Shown piece after piece: positions 26,256 to 37,100 of a stretch of DNA of 64,000 nt. The notes under the pieces are model-generated. The model did not search any database and was not told where the DNA came from. It saw only the letters and a program-made list of their open reading frames with translations. Location: assembly GCA_000002435.2 (NCBI GenBank), contig CM018791.1, one strand, 5' to 3'. A program made the translations under genes and the position numbers. The DNA comes from Giardia intestinalis. Lineage: Eukaryota. How positions within the stretch are numbered: position 1 is the first letter of the stretch; the number at the start of each line of letters is the position of its first letter.

Positions 26256-29200
26256 CTACAGGACAGATCTTGCTGCATGCTCTTCAAGAGGAATAGAATC
26301 CTGGGGTTGCATCTTCATATAGTTACTTGTTGGGCCCATTCTCTTGGCCTTCAATAAGAAAACAATCAGAGTAACGATCCCAGCGACTAGTACTACAGAA
26401 ACAACAGTAAGAGCTATGGTGATGCCGCTCATCACTTTATGCGTGGAGTACAGCTGCCTTACAGGGACAAACAAAGCGTCAGGGCTGACACACATCCCCG
26501 TCCCCGTAGAAACATAAGGTATGTCGCATATTGCGTCTCCAGGTCCAATGCAGATACCGTTCATCAGATTAGTGCATCCCACACGGCACGCCTCGGCGTG
26601 CTTGTACGATGTCTGGTCACAAGCACACGTAAAGACATAGTTGTCTAGCTGTGTACATATCCCGTTCCTATTACAATTGGAACCGCAGAAGCTTTCGCTA
26701 CAAGAACTGCCATAGAGTCCAAGACCACACTCGCACGAGCCCGTACTAACATCGCATCTTCCACCGGAGCCACAGTCTCCATTGATGGTGCACTGAAATG
26801 TGCTGCAGAATGCGCCTGAGTATCCTGGGCTACAATTGAATTGTCCTGGCGTCACATACACCTGCCCTCCCCCTAGGCTTTTGAAGGACTTCAGATGGGG
26901 GCAATGATTAAACGTGTCATCACTGTTGGCCCAGACCTTATCATAATTCCATCGCCTTTCCTTCGTCGCTCCCAAAGCACTGGGCTTCCTTAGATTGTCA
27001 ACAAAACCCTCTTTTGAAGGGTTACTTAGTGTTGGCAGATTTCGAAGATATGGGTAACCAGTCGTGTCATGACCAAAGATGCTATCATCAGCAAAGTTGA
27101 TTCCGTCATAGGTGGCACTATTCTGCATAGCATCGGCCCCGACACAGTGCAGCTGGCTTCCAAACTTGGCATTGAAATCGGCATTTGCGGTCGGTTCCCC
27201 ACAATTATCAGTGTTTGCCGTGTTCAGGTAGTAAACCTGACCCGCCATCGCTGCATTTATGTTGCTTACGTTCAGGCCACCGAAGGCTTTGGGTTGACCC
27301 TGACTCGTTAATCCTATGAAGCTCACATTGACTATCACCCTCCTGACCACTCCATCGTGCAGATAACCAATGACTGACCCAAGGTTTTTGGGCACAAAAC
27401 CGCTTATGCTTATCGGCTTTGTTTGATATGCAATAGAGTTGCTCACCGTACTTCCTAGGTGCAGGCTACCAACAATACCGCCAATACCGCCATCCAGTTC
27501 AGGAGAAGTTGCTGTCGTGTCTGAATACTCCATTGTTGTTTCGCCCACTCTTGCCCAACAGTCGTCAATAGCCCCAAGAGAGGAGACCAACCCACCGATA
27601 GTTCCCACGTGCGGTTGGACTTTAGTGCTGTTTATTTTCATCTTCATTGCCTTTACATCAGCAAAGCTGTCGCTAAGCTTTCCTGTCATAGTGAGCATGG
27701 AAAGACCTCCCAGCAGTGCAAGACGATTGCCCTCTATGCTATTGGCAGCGTCGACGGTGATGTTGATTGATTCGGCTCTTCCGTAGCACCGGTCGATGAA
27801 ACTATTACGATAAACTTCAGCTACAAACGATGCTCCTCCAGTAAGCGTGTCATCTGGAGCCTGGGTCTCATCATAGCCTGGATAGAGGGTTCTGAGGAAA
27901 GATGCCTTGACTTCCAGTGCTGTGTTGACGACGGCAAAGGAATCCTGGATGGTGCTTCTGTAGCGTAAGCTTCCTCCATACCCGGCAGCAGTTGAAAAAG
28001 CATACCCGCTACTGATAACCTTGTTCGTAACAGCATACGTGTTGCTTATCTGCAAGTACTCTGCATAGCCAACAAAGCCTGCAGATATGCTTGATTTCCA
28101 GGAAGTAGCTTTGTCCTCTCCGGATTCGGAGGAGTATATCACATCGCCATGAGCTGCACAGAGATAGATGGCGCCAGAATGGACGTGCTCATTTTCGGTG
28201 CGTGAAAGAAAGCCTGCAGCAATCCCATAGAGGCCTCCCGTTGCATTGACAAGCTTTGTGACAGCGGCTGAATTTTTAACGACGATAGAGGAATTCTGCC
28301 TGTGGAAAATCCCAATGAAACCGCCACAATATGAAACGCAGTTATCAGAAATGCACACAACTGACTCTGGATATGCATAGCATTCGTCGACATCGGCCGA
28401 GACACGCCCCGCAAATCCTCCCCCAGCAGTCTCCGGTCCCACGGAGACAGTCGGTGGTAGAGGTTGGTCTTGCGTATGGAGATGCACATTGCCAACGGAG
28501 GTGCAGTTGCGGATGGAGGATAACGACCATCCGACAAACCCGCCAGCAGTAATGTCACCAGCCGCTGTGACCCGAATGGTAGCGTTAGTCCAGGACGAAG
28601 AAGACATAGATGTACCACGAGTCAGATACCCGGCAGCACCACCAACGGTGGATATTCCAGTGACCTTCATGTTTGGAATAACAGCTCTGCTATGCTGAAT
28701 TGCACCGCATATCCCAGCAATTCCGCCCACAACAAGGTCGAGTTCATAGCTGAACCCTGTTGTTGCAGCACTACCCGTTCTGGTGACAGTAAGCTCAGCT
28801 GGATAGGACTCCGAACGTTGGACTGTACCCGTCGAATTGCCAACTATACCTCCCACAGTGAATCTAGCCGGGCCTGTAACTTTCAAGCTTCCTGTAGCAT
28901 GCACCGCAGACAGCGCAGCGTGTTCTACAAGGCCGACACCCATTCCAACATTCAAGCGAACTGTGTCACTTCCAGCAGTGGTAACCGTCATCTGGAGCTT
29001 TACCAGAATGTCTGAAGCAGGTTCCACTCCAGTTAGATATCCGAGCACGCCCCCAATGGAAATGGTCTCCGCAGGCGGGACGCTTAAAGAAGATGTAATG
29101 GACAGGGTCCCCTCTACCACAACCTGGCTGAAGTAAGAGTCGGTTGCAGTGGCAGCAAGGAGCCCAAAGTAGATGAAGCTGCCTTTAACCTCGGTGTTGG

Positions 29201-29495
29201 CGCGAATCTTGAGGTTGACGATCTTTGACTGGTTGAGATGCTTGAAGATACCGCCGTACCCGTCACTAAAGGTAAAGGAGGACACAGTGATCGTCTTTCC
29301 ACGACCATTGAGGGTCCCTGTGAATAGGGAAACGGGTTCCCAGTTCTCCGAAAGGGTGACGTCCGAACCTAGCTCCACAGCACAACAGGGACAGTCTGCA
29401 AGAGCTTTCAGCCCAGCCTCATCAGTAATAGTCAGTTGACGCGGAACGCATCCCAACGCACTGGCCAGCAGGAGGAGTATCACTCCTTTAAACAT
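26256..29495 (-). CDS. large secreted type-I membrane protein: N-terminal signal peptide, Gly-rich beta-helix-like repeats, C-terminal EGF-like cysteine module, TM and short tail
   Basis: Track start 29534 is GTG. ATG at 29493-29495 gives MFKGVILLLLASALGC, a signal peptide. Repeated GGIAG/GGFVG/GGIGGIVG motifs. The C-terminal CX..C EGF-like array is followed by a TM (ITIALTVVSVVLVAGIVTLIVFLL) and KAKR tail. Confidence 0.7.
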   Translation of the reverse strand: MFKGVILLLLASALGCVPRQLTITDEAGLKALADCPCCAVELGSDVTLSENWEPVSLFTGTLNGRGKTITVSSFTFSDGYGGIFKHLNQSKIVNLKIRANTEVKGSFIYFGLLAATATDSYFSQVVVEGTLSITSSLSVPPAETISIGGVLGYLTGVEPASDILVKLQMTVTTAGSDTVRLNVGMGVGLVEHAALSAVHATGSLKVTGPARFTVGGIVGNSTGTVQRSESYPAELTVTRTGSAATTGFSYELDLVVGGIAGICGAIQHSRAVIPNMKVTGISTVGGAAGYLTRGTSMSSSSWTNATIRVTAAGDITAGGFVGWSLSSIRNCTSVGNVHLHTQDQPLPPTVSVGPETAGGGFAGRVSADVDECYAYPESVVCISDNCVSYCGGFIGIFHRQNSSIVVKNSAAVTKLVNATGGLYGIAAGFLSRTENEHVHSGAIYLCAAHGDVIYSSESGEDKATSWKSSISAGFVGYAEYLQISNTYAVTNKVISSGYAFSTAAGYGGSLRYRSTIQDSFAVVNTALEVKASFLRTLYPGYDETQAPDDTLTGGASFVAEVYRNSFIDRCYGRAESINITVDAANSIEGNRLALLGGLSMLTMTGKLSDSFADVKAMKMKINSTKVQPHVGTIGGLVSSLGAIDDCWARVGETTMEYSDTTATSPELDGGIGGIVGSLHLGSTVSNSIAYQTKPISISGFVPKNLGSVIGYLHDGVVRRVIVNVSFIGLTSQGQPKAFGGLNVSNINAAMAGQVYYLNTANTDNCGEPTANADFNAKFGSQLHCVGADAMQNSATYDGINFADDSIFGHDTTGYPYLRNLPTLSNPSKEGFVDNLRKPSALGATKERRWNYDKVWANSDDTFNHCPHLKSFKSLGGGQVYVTPGQFNCSPGYSGAFCSTFQCTINGDCGSGGRCDVSTGSCECGLGLYGSSCSESFCGSNCNRNGICTQLDNYVFTCACDQTSYKHAEACRVGCTNLMNGICIGPGDAICDIPYVSTGTGMCVSPDALFVPVRQLYSTHKVMSGITIALTVVSVVLVAGIVTLIVFLLKAKRMGPTSNYMKMQPQDSIPLEEHAARSVL

Positions 29496-29546
29496 TTTTG
29501 TGGACAATGGGGTCAACATAACTGCAAGCTTCACCAGAAAAATGAA

Positions 29547-32438
29547 TCAAGTGAGGATTGCCTCAAGACTCTTCTTGAGAGCGTGGCCATCAGGATCTGA
29601 AGTGTTTATGTCTGCGATTGCAGCCTTGGCACGGACCAATCTCAATAAATCTCTATCTATAAGTAGTTGTGTGACAACCTCCATATAAAGGCTATTGGAG
29701 CGATATTTGGGGTACTTGAGTAGGCTTGTCAACGCTGCCTCTACAGACAGCTCTGTCAAGTGAGCGTATTCGAGGAAGGCAGGGCCTAGTTGTCCGAGTC
29801 CGTACGCTGCACTGAAGTCTCTGCTGTTGCGCTCTGAAAACAGCTCTGCTTGCATTGTCTCCGGAGCCGTAAAGGTCTGCTTGTGCGACTTCTCAAGCTG
29901 AACTCTCTTCTGCCGCAGCTTCAGCAGCCTCTCCCTGCATTGTTCAGTCGTAAGAATGCTGAACATCCCGTGTTCGGGAGTCCTCCCGGTCTTTTCCACC
30001 TCACTCAGGGACGATATCTTTTCCTCTATACTTACAATCTCCTTCTCTCCTGCTTGCTTCATCTGTTTAATGTATTCTGGGAGATTGCACACTGCCCTCA
30101 TGAAGATTGGCAGCAGAGTAGCAGACCTACAGAAGGTGTCCCGCATCGGGGGGCTCAGCCGTGGCCACAGCAGAATAGCAGTGATTGAGCTCTGCCTGCA
30201 AAGGAGCTCTAAAAGCTCCACATATGTAGGGAACTTCATGGTCAAATAGAGGATTAAATGGTCTGTGAAGGGCACTCGATTCTCAAAGCTGGTGCCCTGA
30301 ATTTGAAATGAGCCTAAGAAGTCGACCACATCAGTATATGTACGAAGAGTGTCAGCACTGGGTGAGTCTGTGTGCTTTTGAAAAATTGCCTCTAGCATCT
30401 GAAAAGTGGAACAGAGGAACTTCTTCTGAAGCGCCACAATCTTCTTCTGGTCTGCAATGCATTGTGCAGCGGATATTTTGATATTGAAAACAGTTGTATG
30501 ATCAGTCACTCTCTGCAGGAGGTCGTCATCTGAAGGTGCCTGGGTAAGACTATAGAGAGCCAGCAAGGTGTTAAGGATGCAACTAGTGTAGACTAGGATA
30601 GAAGCTGTTTCATGTGCAAAGATGCTGTCAATGGGAAAGAGAAGGGCAGATAGTAGTAGCTTTTCAACAATGGGTACATGATAGCTAATAAGATACAATG
30701 CTGACAAAGCAGCGGCTTGCTCGTTTAGAGTTAGCGCTAGAACACTGGCACAGCTCTGTCCATTGCGCACGTCAAGCTGATGCTGCTGACAAAGTTGCTG
30801 GAGATCTTCTTGGAGCATATCCGACAGTTCCCCAGCAGCGTCCGGGTGGGAATCAAGAAGGAGCAAAGTGGGATAAAGTACGTCCGCGTTGTGGAGTACA
30901 GAATGGGCCAGAGAAAACTTGGTAACTCCCTTGAGTAGGGAATAGTCTGCGAGTCCAGTAGGAAGGTTTGCGCGTATCAAATAAAGGTATACCAGAGCCA
31001 GCACCACAAGGGGAAAGTAGCAATATGAGAGCTGAGGATCTCCGTGTAGCGTATCTAGCTTTGCCTGAAGAAGTGGTGGAACAGCCTGCTTTACTTTCAT
31101 TGAGGCCTTTCGCAGAGCAACGGAAATTGGAAAGGCAGTGTGCGGCTGGCTACATGCTAAATCAATAAGGGCAATCAAATAGGCTGAAAGCATATCGGAC
31201 TTGTTTGCTGCATACTCCTCCATTAAGTACAGGAATGGCTGGTATCCGAACAGGGACTCTGAGTTCGTATCAGAACGGTGCAAGTCCCAAACAAGAATGT
31301 TGGAAGTTGAGATGGCTAGCGACTGCTGAGAAAAGAGCGTACTGGGATCAAATCGCCCCGAGCGTAGGCGAGGGCCACCTCGCGCCTCAGCATTTTGCTG
31401 CTGGATCTTTTCAACCATCTGTGCATGAAACCTGTCAACCGCTGCATTGCACTGGCTGATAAAGCAATTAGTCACAAACTGACCAAGAGTAGATACACAC
31501 AAGCCCACATTATAATTGGATACCCGCACAAGTGTGCAGAGACTGTCAAAGGACGGAGATAGTGCTTGGAGCTTCTGAGCTAGAGCCAGTATGCCTTTGC
31601 CCTCGTCTTGCTTTGTATGCTGGAGCCTGACGGCGTGTTCGTGCTCATAGTATATGCTCTTTGCATTTTCCAAATGAGTCTCGTTTATGGGGAGCCTTCT
31701 CGAGTCGCTCCCGTCGCGAGAAAAAAGGAAATCAGACTCTAGCAATGGGCCTGCGCTGAAGATAATAGAAAGGGAGTTGGCAGAGCCTCCCACTACTACG
31801 ATTCGCGGCTGCATGCTCTTCACGCGAACCTGTTTGACGTAAAAGTCTGCCATATGTATTAATGTGATTAGTTTTGTGACAATGATCGCCCGCTTCTCTA
31901 GAGATTTCAAAAGGGGGCACAATAGCTTGAAGAAGGTGATCGCTGTCAAATGGAACTCTAATGGCAGCGTTATCTTGAGCTGACCGCATGGGTAAAAGGA
32001 CTTCGTCTTATCTGTGCCACGCTCATAATAGCGATCTATGATGGCTTCACCAACAAGAGCTTTGTTGGATAGGGTTAGCTCCTGCACTGACGTATCGCCG
32101 TCTTCTGATGCTTGAGCGGCCCCCTGAGGCCCTAGTTGGTAAATGCACAAAGAGAAGTACATCACGGCCTCTAGCGCAAGGACAGCCATTGTGCCCATCT
32201 TCTTATTAGGGGGAAACGACGCCACTTCATCAACTGTGTACTCTTTTGGAACAAGGATCAACTCAACCAGTGCCTTAATATCCTTCGTTAGAAGAGGCAG
32301 CTTCTCGACAGACAGGCTCTTCGCGGATAGATACCCGCGCATTTCCGTGCCAAATGCCTCGAGAGAAGCCGTGAGTTCTTGTAACTCTGAGGGACCCAAC
32401 AGTGAGGGAGAGTCCTTCAGAATCGGTTCGGTTCTCAT
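29547..32438 (-). CDS. hypothetical protein (~963 aa)
   Basis: Track start 32462 is TTG; the first ATG is at 32436-32438 (MRTEPILKD) with gtaaaaATG context. No recognisable motifs. Confidence 0.55.
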   Translation of the reverse strand: MRTEPILKDSPSLLGPSELQELTASLEAFGTEMRGYLSAKSLSVEKLPLLTKDIKALVELILVPKEYTVDEVASFPPNKKMGTMAVLALEAVMYFSLCIYQLGPQGAAQASEDGDTSVQELTLSNKALVGEAIIDRYYERGTDKTKSFYPCGQLKITLPLEFHLTAITFFKLLCPLLKSLEKRAIIVTKLITLIHMADFYVKQVRVKSMQPRIVVVGGSANSLSIIFSAGPLLESDFLFSRDGSDSRRLPINETHLENAKSIYYEHEHAVRLQHTKQDEGKGILALAQKLQALSPSFDSLCTLVRVSNYNVGLCVSTLGQFVTNCFISQCNAAVDRFHAQMVEKIQQQNAEARGGPRLRSGRFDPSTLFSQQSLAISTSNILVWDLHRSDTNSESLFGYQPFLYLMEEYAANKSDMLSAYLIALIDLACSQPHTAFPISVALRKASMKVKQAVPPLLQAKLDTLHGDPQLSYCYFPLVVLALVYLYLIRANLPTGLADYSLLKGVTKFSLAHSVLHNADVLYPTLLLLDSHPDAAGELSDMLQEDLQQLCQQHQLDVRNGQSCASVLALTLNEQAAALSALYLISYHVPIVEKLLLSALLFPIDSIFAHETASILVYTSCILNTLLALYSLTQAPSDDDLLQRVTDHTTVFNIKISAAQCIADQKKIVALQKKFLCSTFQMLEAIFQKHTDSPSADTLRTYTDVVDFLGSFQIQGTSFENRVPFTDHLILYLTMKFPTYVELLELLCRQSSITAILLWPRLSPPMRDTFCRSATLLPIFMRAVCNLPEYIKQMKQAGEKEIVSIEEKISSLSEVEKTGRTPEHGMFSILTTEQCRERLLKLRQKRVQLEKSHKQTFTAPETMQAELFSERNSRDFSAAYGLGQLGPAFLEYAHLTELSVEAALTSLLKYPKYRSNSLYMEVVTQLLIDRDLLRLVRAKAAIADINTSDPDGHALKKSLEAILT

Positions 32439-32509
32439 TTTTACTTGAATCGACTTGTCCAAGAGAACTGAGCAGAGTGAGCTGGCACAAATCCGTGCAG
32501 TGAATATAT

Positions 32510-34093
32510 TTACTTGGACCTGACAGCGGTGAGAAGCAAGGCCTTCTTGATTACTCGCAAACGTGCAGGATTCTTTTCGGTCATCTTTTCCACCAAAAGC
32601 TGCTCGCGAGTCATATCTTGAGCTATCTGACTGGCCTGCTCGTACTCTTGTGCTGCTGCAGCCAGAATTTTTTGGCGTCTGGATAACGTACCTTTGGACC
32701 CTTTCGGCCCCTTTGCAGGTTTTCCGCGTGGCTCCTTGGTCTTGGTTGGAGGTGATGCGCTAGGCCCGTCAAGATCCTCCACACAATCTTCCTGCTTGAG
32801 TGTGTTGACGGGATCCACGGAGATCTGTGCACTTATGTTGAGCTCCGTGGAGTGAGTGTTGGCAGCATCGTTAGATAACGAATTTCCTCTGACAATGGTC
32901 ACAGTCCCATACTCTCCATTCTCGTCGGCGCTGATAAGTATCTCCCCGTCTCCTATGGGAGTGTCGGTGGATCCGCTCCTGACGATAGTCCCGACGGGAA
33001 CATCGCTGCTTTCCCCCTGCCTAAGAACCTTGCCATGCATTATGACAGTCCCATCTTCGTAAACCATCGTACCGAAATTTGGATTAGGAAGATGTTGCTC
33101 TGGAGGTGCCATGACGATAGTACCACACTCATCGTAGTCTGTCTCCCCCTGGGCATCGTCGCCATCTACAACTACATCCACAAGGGAGCACTTATAGCGT
33201 TCTGCTATCAGCGTGGGAAGAGTTGACTTACTGACTATCCTGTCGTTTTCAATCTTGCAGTGCATAGTAATGAATTCATGCTGCAAAAGCTCTTCTACCG
33301 TCGCCCTATCTTCCTCTGCATGCTGCAAGCAACGATCAACGAAGTCAGCAAAGACGTCGCTATGTGGCTGCTTAGTAAAGGGGTTAGTACGGCCCTTAAG
33401 CTTCATAGGCGGCTGTCGTGGAATAACGATCATCGCCCGCATGCTCGTCAATTCGGAGTGCGGCGGCTTGCCCTCTGTGAGCTCTATTGCTGTAATACCC
33501 AAAGCCCACACGTCTGCCTTAAATCCATAAGGCTCTCCCTTTATCTGCTGGGGGCTGAGCCAATAGGGGGTTCCAATCGTCGAATTGCGCTGGGCAAAGC
33601 TATTCTGCATCTCAGCAGAAACGCCAAAGTCAGCTATGCGGACACTAGCATCCTCCGAAATGAGCAGGTTGTTGGCCTTTATGTCCCTGTGGATAACATG
33701 TTGCTTGTGAAGGTAGCGAAGCCCGAGGAGTGTACTTGCAAGTGTGTAGCTGCACTGCTCCTCGGTCAATGTCTTGTGGCAGCCGCGCATGAGATCAGAG
33801 ATGGCCCCTGCACTGCAAAACTCTAGTATTATCCAAAGCTCGTCGTCAACCTTGTCTACAAAAGACCCCAAGTACTTGACGATATTTGGATGATTGAGCT
33901 TCTTCATCAACTGGATTTCGAGGATTAGGGCACTAGTGTCCGACTCAAGGGGTATCCGCTTCACAGCCACTATTTCAGATGTCAAGACGGAAAATGCCTG
34001 CCAAACAGCGCCATAGGAGCCGCTTCCTATCGGAGAGAGAAGCTCAAAGCACTCGCGGGGGTTGCCCTCCTCGATGAGATCTGCAAGATTCAT
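32510..34093 (-). CDS. STE20-family Ser/Thr kinase, MST/Hippo (GCK-II)-like
   Basis: Track start 34105 is TTG; ATG at 34091-34093 (MNLADLIEEG) with ttttaaaaATG. IGSGSYGAVWQA, VAVKRI, HRDIKANNLL, DFG, GTPYWLSPQ and KADVWALGITAIELTEGKPP are colinear with human MST1/2. APE is replaced by SPQ. Confidence 0.85.
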   Translation of the reverse strand: MNLADLIEEGNPRECFELLSPIGSGSYGAVWQAFSVLTSEIVAVKRIPLESDTSALILEIQLMKKLNHPNIVKYLGSFVDKVDDELWIILEFCSAGAISDLMRGCHKTLTEEQCSYTLASTLLGLRYLHKQHVIHRDIKANNLLISEDASVRIADFGVSAEMQNSFAQRNSTIGTPYWLSPQQIKGEPYGFKADVWALGITAIELTEGKPPHSELTSMRAMIVIPRQPPMKLKGRTNPFTKQPHSDVFADFVDRCLQHAEEDRATVEELLQHEFITMHCKIENDRIVSKSTLPTLIAERYKCSLVDVVVDGDDAQGETDYDECGTIVMAPPEQHLPNPNFGTMVYEDGTVIMHGKVLRQGESSDVPVGTIVRSGSTDTPIGDGEILISADENGEYGTVTIVRGNSLSNDAANTHSTELNISAQISVDPVNTLKQEDCVEDLDGPSASPPTKTKEPRGKPAKGPKGSKGTLSRRQKILAAAAQEYEQASQIAQDMTREQLLVEKMTEKNPARLRVIKKALLLTAVRSK

Positions 34094-34129
34094 TTTTAAA
34101 AGCAAAGGGATTTAGTTAATTACAGATCT

Positions 34130-37100
34130 CTATAGATCTTCAAATTCGGAGCCATCTTCGCCCAAATCGATGTCTAACTCATAGAAGTTGTCAGCCCCAT
34201 CGATATCCACATTGACAGAAAACCTTGTCTGTGCACGCGACGATCCCGATGAGCGATCTTTCAGTAACTTTTCTTCACTGATGGATGTGCTATTCAGATC
34301 AGGAATGTAGGACATGCTGCCTAGGAGGTCCAAGTCAGGGATGGTATCCAGCTCTTCGTCTAGGTTTGGCTGCATGTGCTTGGGGGCATTAGAATCAGTA
34401 GTGGCCACAGCTTGTTGTGGAATAGCAGGTGGTCTGGTGGCAACACCGCAGCTCTCTTCAGGAGATGGCTCAGACTCCGACGCAACTGGATTGACAGGGC
34501 CTGCTCCTCCAGGGAATCGGTTCTGTGGAAGAAACGTGAAGCTTGCTTTGCTGACCTGTGTAGGCTTTAGCGGTGATGTGGATTCAGTCTTAGACGAAAG
34601 CGATGCGACATTAAAGTCATCTGATGAGGAGGCTCTATCGCTCTGAGTTTGTACAATTGGCAATGTGGGCATGCTTGATGTAGCTCCATACACTTTTCGC
34701 TGGCCAGCACCAAAGCCTAGCCCGTGAGGAGGACCCTGGTTCTGGTTTAGAATAAGTGTTCTCTTGGGTGACGGAACACTCAGTGACGAGGCTAGAGAGG
34801 CACTGGCGCCCACTCCGTGCAGCTTCATATTGAAGACAACAGCCTCCTTTGTGGAGCTTTCTGGGAGCTCATTTGCGCAAGATGACGAGCCTGCAGTCTC
34901 CAGACTTACGTAGGGAACATCAACTCCCGATATGTAGTCCTCATTGTGAGCAGACCGGTCTTCACTGCATCCATCTTGAGATGTATCTAAGTCGATGTCA
35001 TCGTGTATGTCACCCTGCGTCACAATCTGATCTTGATTCTGAGTGCTTGGAACAGAACCCTCTATGTCCTCCAAACAATGTGAGGGGAATAGCTCAGGAT
35101 CCTCAACCATATATTCATCTTCAGGCGGCACAAATTCCGGCTGATACCCTATGATAGACGAATCGTTTGGTAAGAAGAGCTTGTAATCTCTAGGAGACTC
35201 CGTAGAATGAGTAAGGAGACTGTTTTGGCCACTGTTTAGACTGTGCCGAGACGAGAATGACATTGCACTGAGACCTTTTTGTATGGTGCTAAGAAGAGCG
35301 GTTGCAGTAAGAGGTGCCTTCGCCGAGCACACATCAGATGTCCTGGACCTTCTGTCAAAAGTCTCACTTAGTGAACTAGCTCTTTTATCAGCACTAAAGT
35401 CGAGCTCGTAGTCTTCTGGATCGAGGTGATTGTCCTGACTGGGGGGTCGTCGCAGCACTTGCTCCTGCTCAGACAGAGTACTCACCCCGTCAACGATTAG
35501 AGAGGCGTCATGGCTGCGTCGCAAGGCCTCCTCCAAGCTACGTTTGAACATACTGGCTTGATTTGAGACACTCTCTATGAGGCTATTCATTGCACCTAGG
35601 GACTGATTTGGCCCGCTGGTAGCAGACTCCTGTTGAATCTCCAACTCCAGATCAGCGAAATCACTCACTATGTCTCCTGAGCTACGAGACTCGTTATTCT
35701 GTGGTAGAGCTGCTTGATGCGCTGTGTCATGTGGGTGTGTTTTCGGCCCTGCGTTCGTGCCTTGCGGCTCCAGCAACGAGCTGGATATTTCTGATGGATT
35801 TGCAACTTTATCCATTGACGGCTCATTCAAAATATCACTCGTCCCAGACTTTCCGGACTTGGCTGCACTGGACTTTTGGCCGAAGCTTCTAGGGGAAAGT
35901 GAGCTAGGAAATGCAGGAGATACGCCGGTAATGTTAAGATTGGACCCTAGCCGTGGTTGCAGAAACGCGCAACCCTGGGCATCTAAGCTAGAGGAAGAAT
36001 CTTGCAATGTAGTATGCAATCCTGTAGGATTGGAGTTCTGGACAGCCTTGAACGCGTTTTTGTACTCCTCCTCTTCGTACTCAATCACCTCCACTGAAAC
36101 TGTGCTAGCCTTGCTGGCAGAAGACAGCGCTCCAGAGGAGCTAGTAGAACAGTCCATGAACTTAATGCGGCGCCCCTTTTGGTTTCTAGATGCTGAAGCA
36201 CTGTCATCCCTAGTTGGCTCCCTATCATATGATAGTTGGAGCGCATGAGGCGAGTCCGCTTCTCTGAGTTGCTCATGTGGATAGGATATCTTAGTATCAT
36301 ACTCAAGATTGGGCGCTAAGGGGTTGCTTTCCAGAGAAGAGCCTGAAGAAATTGGCGCCGGGCCGTGTTCATCCGTGGGGTAAGACAGCTTTAGATTGTC
36401 ATGCGCGTGGTTACTACTATTAGCACATTGGTCAGAAGAAAGTTTGAAGGAAATTCCTGCAGTCAGGGTCTCCTCAGTCTGCTCTATTAGCCTAGAAATA
36501 GAATCTGAAGAAGGCCAAGTTTTCTCATGAAGAGACTCGTGTAAGATGTTTTGCGTTGTAGTGTTACTACTAGCTTCATTTGCGGTTCCCTGAGAGCAAC
36601 CAATCTTGGTTCCAGAATGTTCAGAAGTAACCTCTGCGGATTTAATGGGCATAAGGTCCTTGGGAATATTAGAAGGAAAGTTGGTCGTCACAGTTGCTCG
36701 AGGAAATTGGAAAGAAGGATCCTTATCGGTAGAGACAGATATGGACTTGTCTATAGGAGAGGGCATGGCGAACTCTGCAGCCCTTATATTGTTATGAGAA
36801 GCACCTACTGGATTGTCTGAGATGAAGGTAGGTGTCTCTTTTGTCGCCTTCTTAACAGGTCGCGGAGGCAATCTAATGATATTAAAGGACTGAACAATCG
36901 GAGGCGAAAAGTCCGGTGACTCTGCCCGCAGTGCTTCACGATTAGATATCCTCGGGATTACCGTTGCTTCACTATATCTATCGTCAACTGGTAAGGGTGG
37001 GGGATCAGGCGGTATAGTCGTAAACACTTTTGCCCTAAAGCGCGTTCTCCGATGGCCTGCCTCGTCATCCGTATAGTCATCAGTGGTGAGAAACTTAGAA

